From an uncultured bacterium (GTDB lineage Bacteria; Chloroflexota; UBA5177; JANWHV01), in contig CAVSOU010000007.1 in assembly GCA_963729625.1 (NCBI GenBank), forward strand, positions 32,001-96,000: 64,000 bases of DNA, read 5' to 3'. Position numbers and translations under genes: made by a program. Below the pieces are notes generated by a model, which was given only the letters and a program-made list of their open reading frames with translations, had not been told where the DNA came from and ran no database searches. This document shows, piece after piece, positions 1 through 9,116 of this stretch (the first letter of the stretch is position 1; each line of letters opens with the position of its first letter).

Positions 1-741
1 CGTTGAGCGTCTCTGAAGAGCGAGAGGCGGAAGGATCCTGGTACACTGCGATGCTCCAATGTCAACGTCGATGCAGCCCATCCCACAATAGCCCCATGGG
101 TGGCGCATGGGAATCCGCGCCAAGGTCTAGCTGAGAACACCTGGAACGATCTTCCGCAAGCCTAGCGCCGCCGCAGCGGTCCGCCGCCATCCACGCGCCT
201 GGGCCGCCACGCTAGAATGCCCCACTATCGCACGATGTCGTTCCAATACGATAGTAGCAGATACCAGCATCGTCGCCGCGTCCGTCAGACTACATTGTCG
301 CATCGCACCTGACCCGCAGATCTTCAGCGACCTCCCGCAACTGCCTGCATCGAGACACCCGGATAACTTCGGTCATGCAGAGGTTTCACGCCCGGAATCT
401 ATCCTGGACCGGAGCAACTGGCCTTAAGTTGACTATACGCTACGGATCGATAGTTCGCAAGCCGAAGGCCATTCACCGTTGTACAAAATGCGGGCCCCGA
501 CCGCCAGTCCGCGGTCATGTCGTGCTGGTGCGCGCTTCACGAGAATGAACGTGCGCCGCACTACCCGGGCTTGCTGGGCCGTTCTCTAGAGAAGCGTGCG
601 GATAAAGTACACCATCGACAGGGCCACGAGTCGCCTTCGCTTCGAACAACCTGAGGCCGTCAGGCCCGCACCGATCGCCATCGCGCTTGCCCTGACCATG
701 AACCTGTTGACTGCGTGGCAACCGCTTTCGGCGTGGGCGAA

Positions 742-1248
742 TCACGTAGAGTTTGGATCGTGCCCCTTGTCGGTGAGGAACCAAACATCGACGCTTGGTC
801 CAGGGTAGGCTCGAAGACTGGGGTGCACGCCATCGTACGGCGCGGCAATAGTGCCGCGCACGATGAGGTCGTCACCCACGTTGATAGTAGTCAAATCGAA
901 CGACGATGGCACGGACAGAATGATCTCTCCCTCTCCAGTTTGACCGTCGTACTGGCCGACATATTCCCAGCATCCTATTACGTTCTTGCCGCTGCCCAAA
1001 GCCTGGCCCAAGAGGTTAGCAACGTTGCACGTCCACGTTACGGCCTGGCCCAGGTAGCGCTTCGGGAGCCTGTTCACCTCGGTGTAGGTGTCATTCGTCG
1101 CCTGGCTATCCCACTGATCGATGGTGACCGTGGGTGTCGGCGGCGCGACAGTGCCCGAGCCACTTCGGCTCTCCATGGACAGCAGCACCAGAACGGCAAG
1201 GATTGCGATGACTATGCCTCCGATAAGCACCATACGCACCTTACCCAT
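742..1248 (-). CDS. Hypothetical membrane-anchored protein (N-terminal TM, possible OB-fold extracellular domain)
   Basis: ATG at 1248 preceded by AGGGAG; hydrophobic MVLIGGIVIAILAVLVLL; 'YLGQAVTW' and 'INVGDDLIVRGTI' resemble OB-fold strands. Confidence 0.6.
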   Translation of the reverse strand: MGKVRMVLIGGIVIAILAVLVLLSMESRSGSGTVAPPTPTVTIDQWDSQATNDTYTEVNRLPKRYLGQAVTWTCNVANLLGQALGSGKNVIGCWEYVGQYDGQTGEGEIILSVPSSFDLTTINVGDDLIVRGTIAAPYDGVHPSLRAYPGPSVDVWFLTDKGHDPNST

Positions 1249-1611
1249 ATACCGCTCCCTGAGTGCCCAACATCTCAGCACTCAATGGCCATACGGCGGA
1301 CGCATATCTCCATCCACCGGCGGGGACGAGAGCCGCGAGCCTCAGATGCCATGCAGAGCACGTGGCGCGGGGTTCCACACAAACATGGAGTCCCGACAAG
1401 CCGGTATGCTTCGAACTGCCACCTTCGCGGCCACCTACCCCAGAGCAATCGCCCGTGTCGCTGGGGCCGGGCGAGCACGCGCGTGCACCACTGTGCACCT
1501 GCAGCATAGCCTCTCAGTGTGCTCGTGCGAAAGCAAGTTGTGGGCACAGTGCAGGCGCTCATGTGGGTGACATGTGGGCTAGCTGGGCATCGATTCGCCC
1601 ACGCTATGCGG

Positions 1612-2646
1612 TCACATCCTTCCGAGGATTTCCACGAGTGCCGTCGCCAACTCGCGCCGAGTTACCGTCGCCGCGCCGAAGTGCCGGACGACGAGGGCGG
1701 CGGCCGCGTTGCCTATCACGGCTGCATCCGCGAGGGAACCGCCGGCGCAGAGAGTCAGGGTCGCGGTTGAGGCGACCGTGTCACCCGCACCTGTGGCATC
1801 GCGCACCTCCATCAGATTGTATGCCGGCAAAATTGTGAACTCGTCTTGATCATCCAGCGCGACCAGCCCCTGCGCACCGCGAGTGATCAGTATGCCGGAA
1901 GCATCCATCCCTTCGAGAAGCTCCTTGCACGCAGCCCGGAGGTCCGCGGCATCCGCGAGCCTCCTCCCCACGGCCACTTCAGCCTCCGGCTGGTTCGGCG
2001 TAGCAAGCGCGACGCCCTTGAAACGAAACAGATCGCCATGGGCATCCACGGTGCTGACAAGTCCCCGCCGTGCCGAATCTTCGAGACAAAGAGCACAGAC
2101 GTCTGGGTCGAGAACGCCATGCTCGTAATCCGAAAGAATCGTGCCGGTCATTGTTGGCAGAGTTCGCTCGAGAGCTCGCAGGAGCTCGTCCTTGGCTTCC
2201 CCAACAACCGGCGCGGAAACGATGCGATCGACGCGGACAATTTGCTGCTGTACGACCTGAACGCCGCCACCAACAATCCTGGTCGCCGTCGAGGTTGGGC
2301 GACCTGGGTCGACAATCAAGCCACTCGTATTAATGCCGAGAGCGTCAAGCGCGCGACGAAGCTCCGCGCCGGCATCGTCGGCGCCGATGACGCCGACGAC
2401 CGACACGTGCGCCCCGAGCGCGCTGAGATTCACGGCTACGTTCGTCGCGCCACCAGGGACCATAACGCGGTGCGAGAACTCGAGAATCACCACGGGCGCC
2501 TCGCGAGAGATGCGCTGCGGCGAGCCGAAGACGTATTCGTCAGCGACCATATCTCCCACGACCAGGATGCGTTGCTCTGAGAATCCGGCGAGAAGTGCCT
2601 CGAAGCGGTCAGCTTCAGGCACGGCATGCTTCTTCAACCAGTTCAT
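1612..2646 (-). CDS. rfaE1: PfkB-family heptose-7-phosphate kinase (RfaE/HldE domain I, stand-alone)
   Basis: ILVVGDMVADEY, RISREAPV, PGGATNVAVNL and DATGAGDT motifs; start moved from 2865 to the likely ATG at 2646. Confidence 0.85.
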   Translation of the reverse strand: MNWLKKHAVPEADRFEALLAGFSEQRILVVGDMVADEYVFGSPQRISREAPVVILEFSHRVMVPGGATNVAVNLSALGAHVSVVGVIGADDAGAELRRALDALGINTSGLIVDPGRPTSTATRIVGGGVQVVQQQIVRVDRIVSAPVVGEAKDELLRALERTLPTMTGTILSDYEHGVLDPDVCALCLEDSARRGLVSTVDAHGDLFRFKGVALATPNQPEAEVAVGRRLADAADLRAACKELLEGMDASGILITRGAQGLVALDDQDEFTILPAYNLMEVRDATGAGDTVASTATLTLCAGGSLADAAVIGNAAAALVVRHFGAATVTRRELATALVEILGRM

Positions 2647-2983
2647 TCCCTCAAACGATCGTGCGTCGGCCTCAGCCACGTCCTGCGTTCTGAAACTCGT
2701 TGGGATCCGCAGTCGAAGTCCTCGTCCGTTGCCCCGCCGCCAGCCTAGACTGTACCGTGGCGTATGCCCGCAGAGCAATAGTTGCAAGACGTATGCGCTG
2801 TCTCCGCCTCGTGCCGGCCGAACCTCCCGCGGTCGAGGCACCTTCATAAGCCTGGAGAGCCACATTGGTTGCGTCGTTCTCTTGCGTAGGAACGTGTGCT
2901 ACCATGGGCCATGATCCTCTCCGGGGTAAGGCGGTAGCCAGTGAGCCTGGATCGCCGTCAGGACTGATGTCCAGAATATCTGA

Positions 2984-3733
2984 ATGCCTCTCCCGGACAG
3001 GTCAGGCTCGGAGGTCTGTTCAACGCTGTTCGATACAGGGAGCGAGCAGCGGGCTGCAATGCACGCTGCGCTTGTGCGCGATGTCGCCAAGATCCAACAG
3101 ATCGAGCCCTCGGATCGCTGTTCTGGGGATGCTGCAAGAATGATGGATGTCGGTCTTCTTCCTGGCGGCCAAAAGCGATATGGCTACTTCCTGGGACCTA
3201 TCGGAGCATACCTCGATCTTCTCGTGGCACGAAACGCCACGATCGCCGAGATCGAAGACGGCTTCTTCTGGCACTGCTACAAGCGAGACGCCCCGCTGAA
3301 GCCGGTCACGGGCGTGTTCGCGTTTTCGGAAGTCAAGGACCTCATCGAGTCGATCACGCGCAGCAAAGAGACTATCGCGCGGAATAAGGAAGCGGAGCGA
3401 CTGTCGCGCCGTTCCGGCTGGCTGTTCCGGCGCCATGACAACGAGCCCAAGGAAGAGCCCCCACACCCGCTATTTCCTCTCGGCTATGAAGTTACGCTTC
3501 GGGCCATGGGAAGCAAGCTCGAGGACCAGCGTGCGTATTGCCCGCTCCTTGCCGAGCGAGAAGAGTCCCTTCTTGTCATATACTCACTGCCTCTGCCGAA
3601 CTACATCAAGTTGGATGTGTCGAAGATGGAGACGTTCACTGGCCAGCACGAGGTTGAGTATTCCCGAGATGACCTCGCCGAGATCATCGACATGTACGGC
3701 AATCGACGCGGGGGCTCGCGCTCTCTGGGCTAG
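2984..3733 (+). CDS. Hypothetical protein
   Basis: Long ORF with protein-like composition filling the gap between rfaE and aroH; no recognisable motif; true start may be ~3059 or ~3139. Confidence 0.6.
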   Translation: MPLPDRSGSEVCSTLFDTGSEQRAAMHAALVRDVAKIQQIEPSDRCSGDAARMMDVGLLPGGQKRYGYFLGPIGAYLDLLVARNATIAEIEDGFFWHCYKRDAPLKPVTGVFAFSEVKDLIESITRSKETIARNKEAERLSRRSGWLFRRHDNEPKEEPPHPLFPLGYEVTLRAMGSKLEDQRAYCPLLAEREESLLVIYSLPLPNYIKLDVSKMETFTGQHEVEYSRDDLAEIIDMYGNRRGGSRSLG

Positions 3734-3801
3734 ATGGCCGTATGGTTACCTGAGATTCTCCTTGAGGGTCGCGAGCGACCGGACGGCGTAGATCCGGACG
3801 G

Positions 3802-4188
3802 CTAGTCCCTGGGCGCTTGGCCGAACCGGTCCACCAGATCCTGCCGAAGAACGGTGGCGCCGCGAAGGTATACGTGATGAACGGCCGACTGCGGCAGATC
3901 GGTATTGTAATGCAGCAGCACGCGAACAACGCGTTTCAGTGCATTGGGAACTGGGATCTCGGTCGTACAAACAAGCGGCACATCTATCCATCCCAGTGCG
4001 CGCGCGGCGTAGGCCGGAAAGGCGGCGTCAAGGTCCGGGGTTGTCGTGAACCACGCCGAGGCGATTTCCTGCGGGTTCAAATTGTTCCGCACCACCATGC
4101 TTCTGAGAAGTTCGCTTGTAGCGTCACCAATAGCATCAGGTGTGTTCGCGTCTGCGGTGATGGCTCCGCGGATGCCTCGTACCGGCAT
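3802..4188 (-). CDS. aroH: Chorismate mutase, AroH class
   Basis: VRGIRGAIT, FTTTPDLDAAFPA, EIPVP and HVYLRGATVLRQDL motifs. Confidence 0.95.
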   Translation of the reverse strand: MPVRGIRGAITADANTPDAIGDATSELLRSMVVRNNLNPQEIASAWFTTTPDLDAAFPAYAARALGWIDVPLVCTTEIPVPNALKRVVRVLLHYNTDLPQSAVHHVYLRGATVLRQDLVDRFGQAPRD

Positions 4189-4248
4189 CTGTTCCCCCCT
4201 ACATCTGTGCTCCGTCCATGCGACACGGGCCCGATTCGCATAGAGCGT

Positions 4249-6480
4249 CTAGAGCTTCTCCAGCTTTGCGAAGTTCGTATCGAGAGTCTTGTCGACGATC
4301 TTTCCGTGGGTATCGGTGAACCGCACGACGACGACGTCATGACGTCCCTCGACCTCACCCGAGACCACGGTCCCGACTCCGAAGATCTTGTGCCGCACTC
4401 GTTCGCCGGACACATAGGTCGTTATCGCCGCGCTGTCGGCTTCCTCCCCTTCGGTCCACGACGCAGTCCGGGCCATGGCGGCGACCGGACGGAGACCGAT
4501 ACGCGGAGGGGAAGACTCGTGCCCTGCCTTGCCATCCGTCTTTACAAGACCGACTGGAATGTCCTGGATGAATCGTGAGGGCAGGTTCGTCTGCACGTTC
4601 CCAAACACTGTGCGCCTCCGCGCGTTCACGAGATAGAGGTGCCGCTTGGCACGAGTGATGCCGACGTACGCCAAACGACGCTCTTCCTCCATTTGGCGGG
4701 GATCGTCGAGGCTTCGGCTGTGAGGGAACAGCCCTTCCTCGAGTCCTGTGATGAAGACCACCGGGAATTCGAGGCCCTTCGCGGCGTGCAGGGTGATCAG
4801 CGTCACCCTATCCTGCGCATCCTCTTGGTCCCGCAGGTCGGCCGAAGCCGGGAGACGATCCGTGTCCGCCACAAGCGCAATGTTCTCGAGCAGGGCGGCG
4901 AGCCCGTCAGGCGCAGGCATGGCCGCATATTCAAGAGCGAGCGAGCGCAGCTCCTTTACGTTTTGCCAACGGTCGTCGCCCTCGTTTGTGCCATCGCGCA
5001 GCCATTGCGCGTAGCCTGACGATTCCAGCAGGTCGTCAAGCAGGTCGAGCACATTCGTACAACCGGCCTTTTCCTGAAGCCGTGAGACGAGAGCATCAAA
5101 CTCGACTAAAGCGCGCTGCCCCGCGGGCGGAACGTCCACGAGATCCGCCGCTCTCCCCATAGCTTGGCGCAGCGTAACGTGCTCGGCGGCCGCGAGGTTC
5201 TGCAACGCGCTCAAGACCTTAGGACCAATCTTGCGCGAAGGCACGTTGATGATCCTGGAAAGTGATACCGCATCGTGTGGATTCGCAATCAGTCGTAAGT
5301 AGGCGATGACGTCCTTGATCTCGCGGCGCTCGTAGAAACGAACTCCTCCGATCAATACGTACGGGATGCCCTCTCGTACAAAGGCGTCTTCAATGGCCCG
5401 CGACTGCGCATTGGTGCGATACATGATCGCGCAGTCTTGCAGGCGCGCGTCACCACGTCCTCGCAGGCGCAGAATCTCGTGCGCCACCCATGTGCCTTCC
5501 TGCATCTCGTCGAGGGCAACGTACCGATGGATTGGCAGACCACCGGAGTTTTCAGTCCATAAGCGCTTTGGCTTCCGCCCGAGGTTGAGTGACACTACCG
5601 CGTGCGCGGCGTCCAGGATCGTCTGCGTTGAGCGATAATTCTGCTCGAGCTTCACGACGGTGGCATTTGGGTAATCCTTCTCAAAATTGAGGATATTCCG
5701 AATGTCTGCCCCCCGCCAGCCGTAGATTGACTGATCATCATCGCCCACGACGCAAAGGTTGTGGTGCTCGCTTGCGAGTAACCGGACCAGCATGTACTGC
5801 GCGTGATTCGTGTCCTGGTACTCATCCACCGAGATGTATTTGTAGCGGCGGCTGATCTCCCGTCGGCGGTCGTCAAGCTTCTGGAGATGCAGAACGGTCT
5901 GCATAATAAGATCGTCAAAGTCCAGAGCATTGTTCTCACGCAGCTTTCGCTGGTAGCTATCGTAGATGCGCCGGACGAACTCGTCGATATAGGTCTTCGG
6001 CTCGTAACGCTCGGGCGGTATCAGGTCGTTCTTCGCCTGCGATAGTGCATTTCGAACCGCACCAGGGCTCACCTGCTTCTCCGGTATATGCAACGACGCC
6101 ATGACTGCCTTGATCACGCCATTTTGGTCGTCGTCATCGTAGATCGTGAAGTTGTCGCGCCCTGCAGCCCTCCATTCGCGCCGAAGCAGGCGAACGCAAA
6201 CGCTGTGAAACGTGCCGACTGTCACGTCGCGCCCAGACGGGCCTGCCACCTGGGCCAGCCGCTCCTTGAGCTCCCCCGCCGCCTTGTTTGTGAACGTGAC
6301 CGCGAGCAATTCCCAGGGCCGTGCGTGGCCGTTTTGCAGAAGGCAGCCGATCCGCTGCGTCAGCACACGAGTCTTTCCTGAGCCAGCACCGGCCAGGATA
6401 AGCAGCGGGCCGTCGACGTGCTCGACAGCTGCCCGCTGTGCCGGGTTGAGACTTTCAAGGCCGAGCATAGACACGATCAA
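4249..6480 (-). CDS. pcrA: ATP-dependent DNA helicase PcrA/UvrD
   Basis: LAGAGSGKT, VDEYQDTN, GDDDQSIYGWRGA, TLHAAKGLEF and EERRLAYVGITRA motifs; C-terminal Tudor-like domain. Confidence 0.97.
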   Translation of the reverse strand: MIVSMLGLESLNPAQRAAVEHVDGPLLILAGAGSGKTRVLTQRIGCLLQNGHARPWELLAVTFTNKAAGELKERLAQVAGPSGRDVTVGTFHSVCVRLLRREWRAAGRDNFTIYDDDDQNGVIKAVMASLHIPEKQVSPGAVRNALSQAKNDLIPPERYEPKTYIDEFVRRIYDSYQRKLRENNALDFDDLIMQTVLHLQKLDDRRREISRRYKYISVDEYQDTNHAQYMLVRLLASEHHNLCVVGDDDQSIYGWRGADIRNILNFEKDYPNATVVKLEQNYRSTQTILDAAHAVVSLNLGRKPKRLWTENSGGLPIHRYVALDEMQEGTWVAHEILRLRGRGDARLQDCAIMYRTNAQSRAIEDAFVREGIPYVLIGGVRFYERREIKDVIAYLRLIANPHDAVSLSRIINVPSRKIGPKVLSALQNLAAAEHVTLRQAMGRAADLVDVPPAGQRALVEFDALVSRLQEKAGCTNVLDLLDDLLESSGYAQWLRDGTNEGDDRWQNVKELRSLALEYAAMPAPDGLAALLENIALVADTDRLPASADLRDQEDAQDRVTLITLHAAKGLEFPVVFITGLEEGLFPHSRSLDDPRQMEEERRLAYVGITRAKRHLYLVNARRRTVFGNVQTNLPSRFIQDIPVGLVKTDGKAGHESSPPRIGLRPVAAMARTASWTEGEEADSAAITTYVSGERVRHKIFGVGTVVSGEVEGRHDVVVVRFTDTHGKIVDKTLDTNFAKLEKL

Positions 6481-6726
6481 TCCACATGAGCAGAGACGAT
6501 TGCCGAGTCTTCAGTGTAGCCGATAGTAGAACAGCCATCCAAAATACGCCAGACGTTCTGGCGAATGGGTCGACAGCTGCAGCCAGCCGGCTTCTGCAAC
6601 GACAAGCCATCGAGTCCAAACCGTCGTCAGGTGATCTGGGGCCCGCCGCCGAACGTGGCGGAAACACTGATGTGACCTGAAGCGCCGAGGCTGTAAGATG
6701 TAAAGACAGAAGGCTGGTGGACCAGA

Positions 6727-7554
6727 GTGAATGCAGATCGCCGGCTCCTAGGCGGGCTGGGTAGAGTGGTTGGGCGCCAAAGTGCTGACGATCGCTCAAA
6801 TGTGCTCGGAATTCCTATCGACGCCCTGACCATGCGCCAGACGGTCGAGCAGTTGCTGGCCTGGATCACGCAGGGCCAGTCACGACACGTTGTCACTGTC
6901 AATCCAGAGTTCATCATGCTCGCACGCAGGAACATGACGTTCCGACACGTGCTGCGAAACGCGGATCTGGTGGTGCCTGATGGAATCGGCACGGTGGTGG
7001 CCGCGCGCATTCTCGGCAGGGCCCTTCCCGAACGAGTTGGCGGCGTCGACCTCGTCGAGCAACTCGCCGTCGCCGCGCCACCCGGCACCCGACTATTCCT
7101 GCTGGGCGCAAGACCGGGTGTTGCCAGGAAGGCGGCCGCTGTGCTGTCGGCTCGCAATAGCGGCCTACGCGTGTCCGGCGTCTTCGCGGGCTCGCCGTGT
7201 TTGGAGCATGAGGACGAGATAGCCCGCAGGATCATCGCCGCGCGTCCAGACGTGCTGCTGGTTGCCTTTGGCGCCCCGGCGCAGGAGTTCTGGATCGCGC
7301 GCAACCGAGAGCACTTGCGTGTGCCCGTGTGCATCGGTGTCGGGGGTGCCTTCGACTTCATTTCCGGTCGCACCGCGCGAGCACCGCGACTGCTGCGGCG
7401 AGCCGGTCTGGAGTGGGCACACCGGCTCATGCGGGAGCCATGGCGATGGCGGCGCATGCTTGCACTACCGCAATTCGCATTGCTCGTGCTTCTAGAGCGC
7501 GCGCGTTTCGCTGTGTCTGCGCGGCGGTGGAAGAGGGCCGACACGAAGTCATGA
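6727..7554 (+). CDS. WecB/TagA/CpsF family glycosyltransferase
   Basis: VTVNPEF, VPDGIG, ERVGGVDL, GAPAQEFW, GVGGAFDF and GLEWAHRL motifs. Confidence 0.93.
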   Translation: MNADRRLLGGLGRVVGRQSADDRSNVLGIPIDALTMRQTVEQLLAWITQGQSRHVVTVNPEFIMLARRNMTFRHVLRNADLVVPDGIGTVVAARILGRALPERVGGVDLVEQLAVAAPPGTRLFLLGARPGVARKAAAVLSARNSGLRVSGVFAGSPCLEHEDEIARRIIAARPDVLLVAFGAPAQEFWIARNREHLRVPVCIGVGGAFDFISGRTARAPRLLRRAGLEWAHRLMREPWRWRRMLALPQFALLVLLERARFAVSARRWKRADTKS

Positions 7555-8687
7555 GTCGACCGGCCCGAATCGCAATCGTCCACGACTACCTGCTGCAGAT
7601 TGGCGGTGCGGAACGCGTGCTGGAGGCACTTCACACCCTGTGGCCGGCCGCGCCGATATTCACGACATTCTACGACCGGAAGAAGCTGGCGGCACGCGGC
7701 TTCGGCATCTCACCCGAGACCGTGCGACATCTGATGCCTGATTGGCTTCCGCGCAGACGACTACTTGCCAAAGCCTGTACGTTTGTCTATCCCTACGTCT
7801 GGCGAAGCCTTGATCTCAGTCGCTTCGACCTCGTGATCAGCTCGTCCTCATTCGCGGCGCACCAGATCGCAGTTGGGCCAGACGCGAAACATGTCTGCTA
7901 TTGCCATTCACCGCCGCACTTCCTCTACGGCCTGCACACCGAGCTCGACCACGACAGGATCCGCCGAGTGATGCCATTCCTGCGTCCGGAGTATGACCAC
8001 CTGAGAAGGCTTGACCAAGAAGCTGCCGCCAGGGTCACCCAGTTTGTGGCAAACTCAGAGGTAGTGCGCGGTCGCATCTTCAGGGCCTATGCTCGGCAAA
8101 GCCGTGTCATACATCCTCCCGTCAACACTGATGCCTTCACCCCGGCCAGAGCACCCCTCGACCGCACGTATTTCTTGTCATACGGGCGACTGGTGCCTTC
8201 GAAGCGCGTTGAGATTGCCATACAGGCAGCAAACATCGCGCGCGTTGCGTTGGTCGTCGCCGGCACGGGTCCCGATGCTCCGCGCCTCAGGAAGCTGGCC
8301 GGTGCGACGGTCACGTTCGCGGGTTGGCAACGTCCCTCCGACCTGTCCAGGCTCGTCGCGGGTGCGCGGGCCGTGCTTTTTCCTCCCGAGGAAGACTTCG
8401 GCATAGTTCCAGTAGAGGCCATGGCCGCTGGTACTCCGGTACTCGCGTATCGGCACGGCGGTGCGCTCGAGACCGTCGTCGAAGGCGCCACCGGCGAATT
8501 CTTCGCGCCGCAGACCGGTGCGGCGCTCGCCGAACTGCTCGTTCACTTTGACGACCAGCGCTACGATGCGCGCGCGTGCCGCGATCGCGCTGCCCTCTTC
8601 GACACAGCGGTATTCGTCACGCGAATGCGCCGCCTGGCGAGCGCAGTGCTCGATGGAACCATTGCATCTGAAGCCATGTTCGGGTAG
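7551..8687 (+). CDS. Glycosyltransferase family 4
   Basis: IAIVHDYL..GGAERVL, GRLVPSKR and EEDFGIVPVEAMAAG motifs; ATGA overlap with the upstream gene. Confidence 0.92.
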   Translation: MSRPARIAIVHDYLLQIGGAERVLEALHTLWPAAPIFTTFYDRKKLAARGFGISPETVRHLMPDWLPRRRLLAKACTFVYPYVWRSLDLSRFDLVISSSSFAAHQIAVGPDAKHVCYCHSPPHFLYGLHTELDHDRIRRVMPFLRPEYDHLRRLDQEAAARVTQFVANSEVVRGRIFRAYARQSRVIHPPVNTDAFTPARAPLDRTYFLSYGRLVPSKRVEIAIQAANIARVALVVAGTGPDAPRLRKLAGATVTFAGWQRPSDLSRLVAGARAVLFPPEEDFGIVPVEAMAAGTPVLAYRHGGALETVVEGATGEFFAPQTGAALAELLVHFDDQRYDARACRDRAALFDTAVFVTRMRRLASAVLDGTIASEAMFG

Positions 8688-8702
8688 CATAGTGAAAGCC
8701 AT

Positions 8703-8773
8703 TGGGGGATCGTCTAGCGGTAGGACAGCTGACTCTGGATCAGCCAGCCGGGGTTCGAATCCCTGTCCCCCAG
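8703..8773 (+). tRNA. tRNA-Gln (anticodon CTG); CCA end not fully encoded
   Basis: Acceptor stem TGGGGGA/TCCCCCA, anticodon arm GCTGA-CTCTGGA-TCAGC, T-arm GGGTTCGAATCCC. Confidence 0.97.
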
Positions 8774-8780
8774 CCCAGAG

Positions 8781-8819
8781 AAAAGGCCCTCCGAAGTACG
8801 TACTTCGGAGGGCCTTTTT
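8781..8819. terminator. Bidirectional intrinsic terminator (perfect 38-bp palindrome)
   Basis: AAAAGGCCCTCCGAAGTAC|GTACTTCGGAGGGCCTTTT directly after the tRNA. Confidence 0.85.
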
Positions 8820-8841
8820 GCTGCCGATTACTATGAAATTG

Positions 8842-9069
8842 CTAAGGCGCACAGGAAACGGCCCGTTTGCGGGTCGCCAGCGCGCCTGAAAGCAGGTCGA
8901 GTGCATGCGCCCGCTGGTCGCGGTAGGTCTTCGGGTACACGTCGCGCATGATCTGGACGTTGGCATGTCCCACCAACTCGCTCATGGCTTTGAGGTCTGC
9001 GCCCCCTGCCAGAAATAGCGAGACACAGGAGTGCTGCAGATCGTAGCTCGACGCCGCCCGGACGCCGTA
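8842..9069 (-). pseudogene. C-terminal remnant of a tyrosine integrase
   Basis: Manual translation: GVRAASSYDLQHSCVSLFLAGGADLKAMSELVGHANVQIMRDVY..., a degraded HxLRH...LGH...Y motif; no start codon, upstream stop at 9070-9072. Confidence 0.8.
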
Positions 9070-9116
9070 TTATGATGGTGCCGGTTGATGTTCCGGCACC
9101 TGAGGGCATGGTACGG

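Noticed and set aside
1-741. Possible gene or ncRNA at the window start
   Set aside because: The frames I translated gave only short, motif-free ORFs, and no recognisable RNA structure was seen
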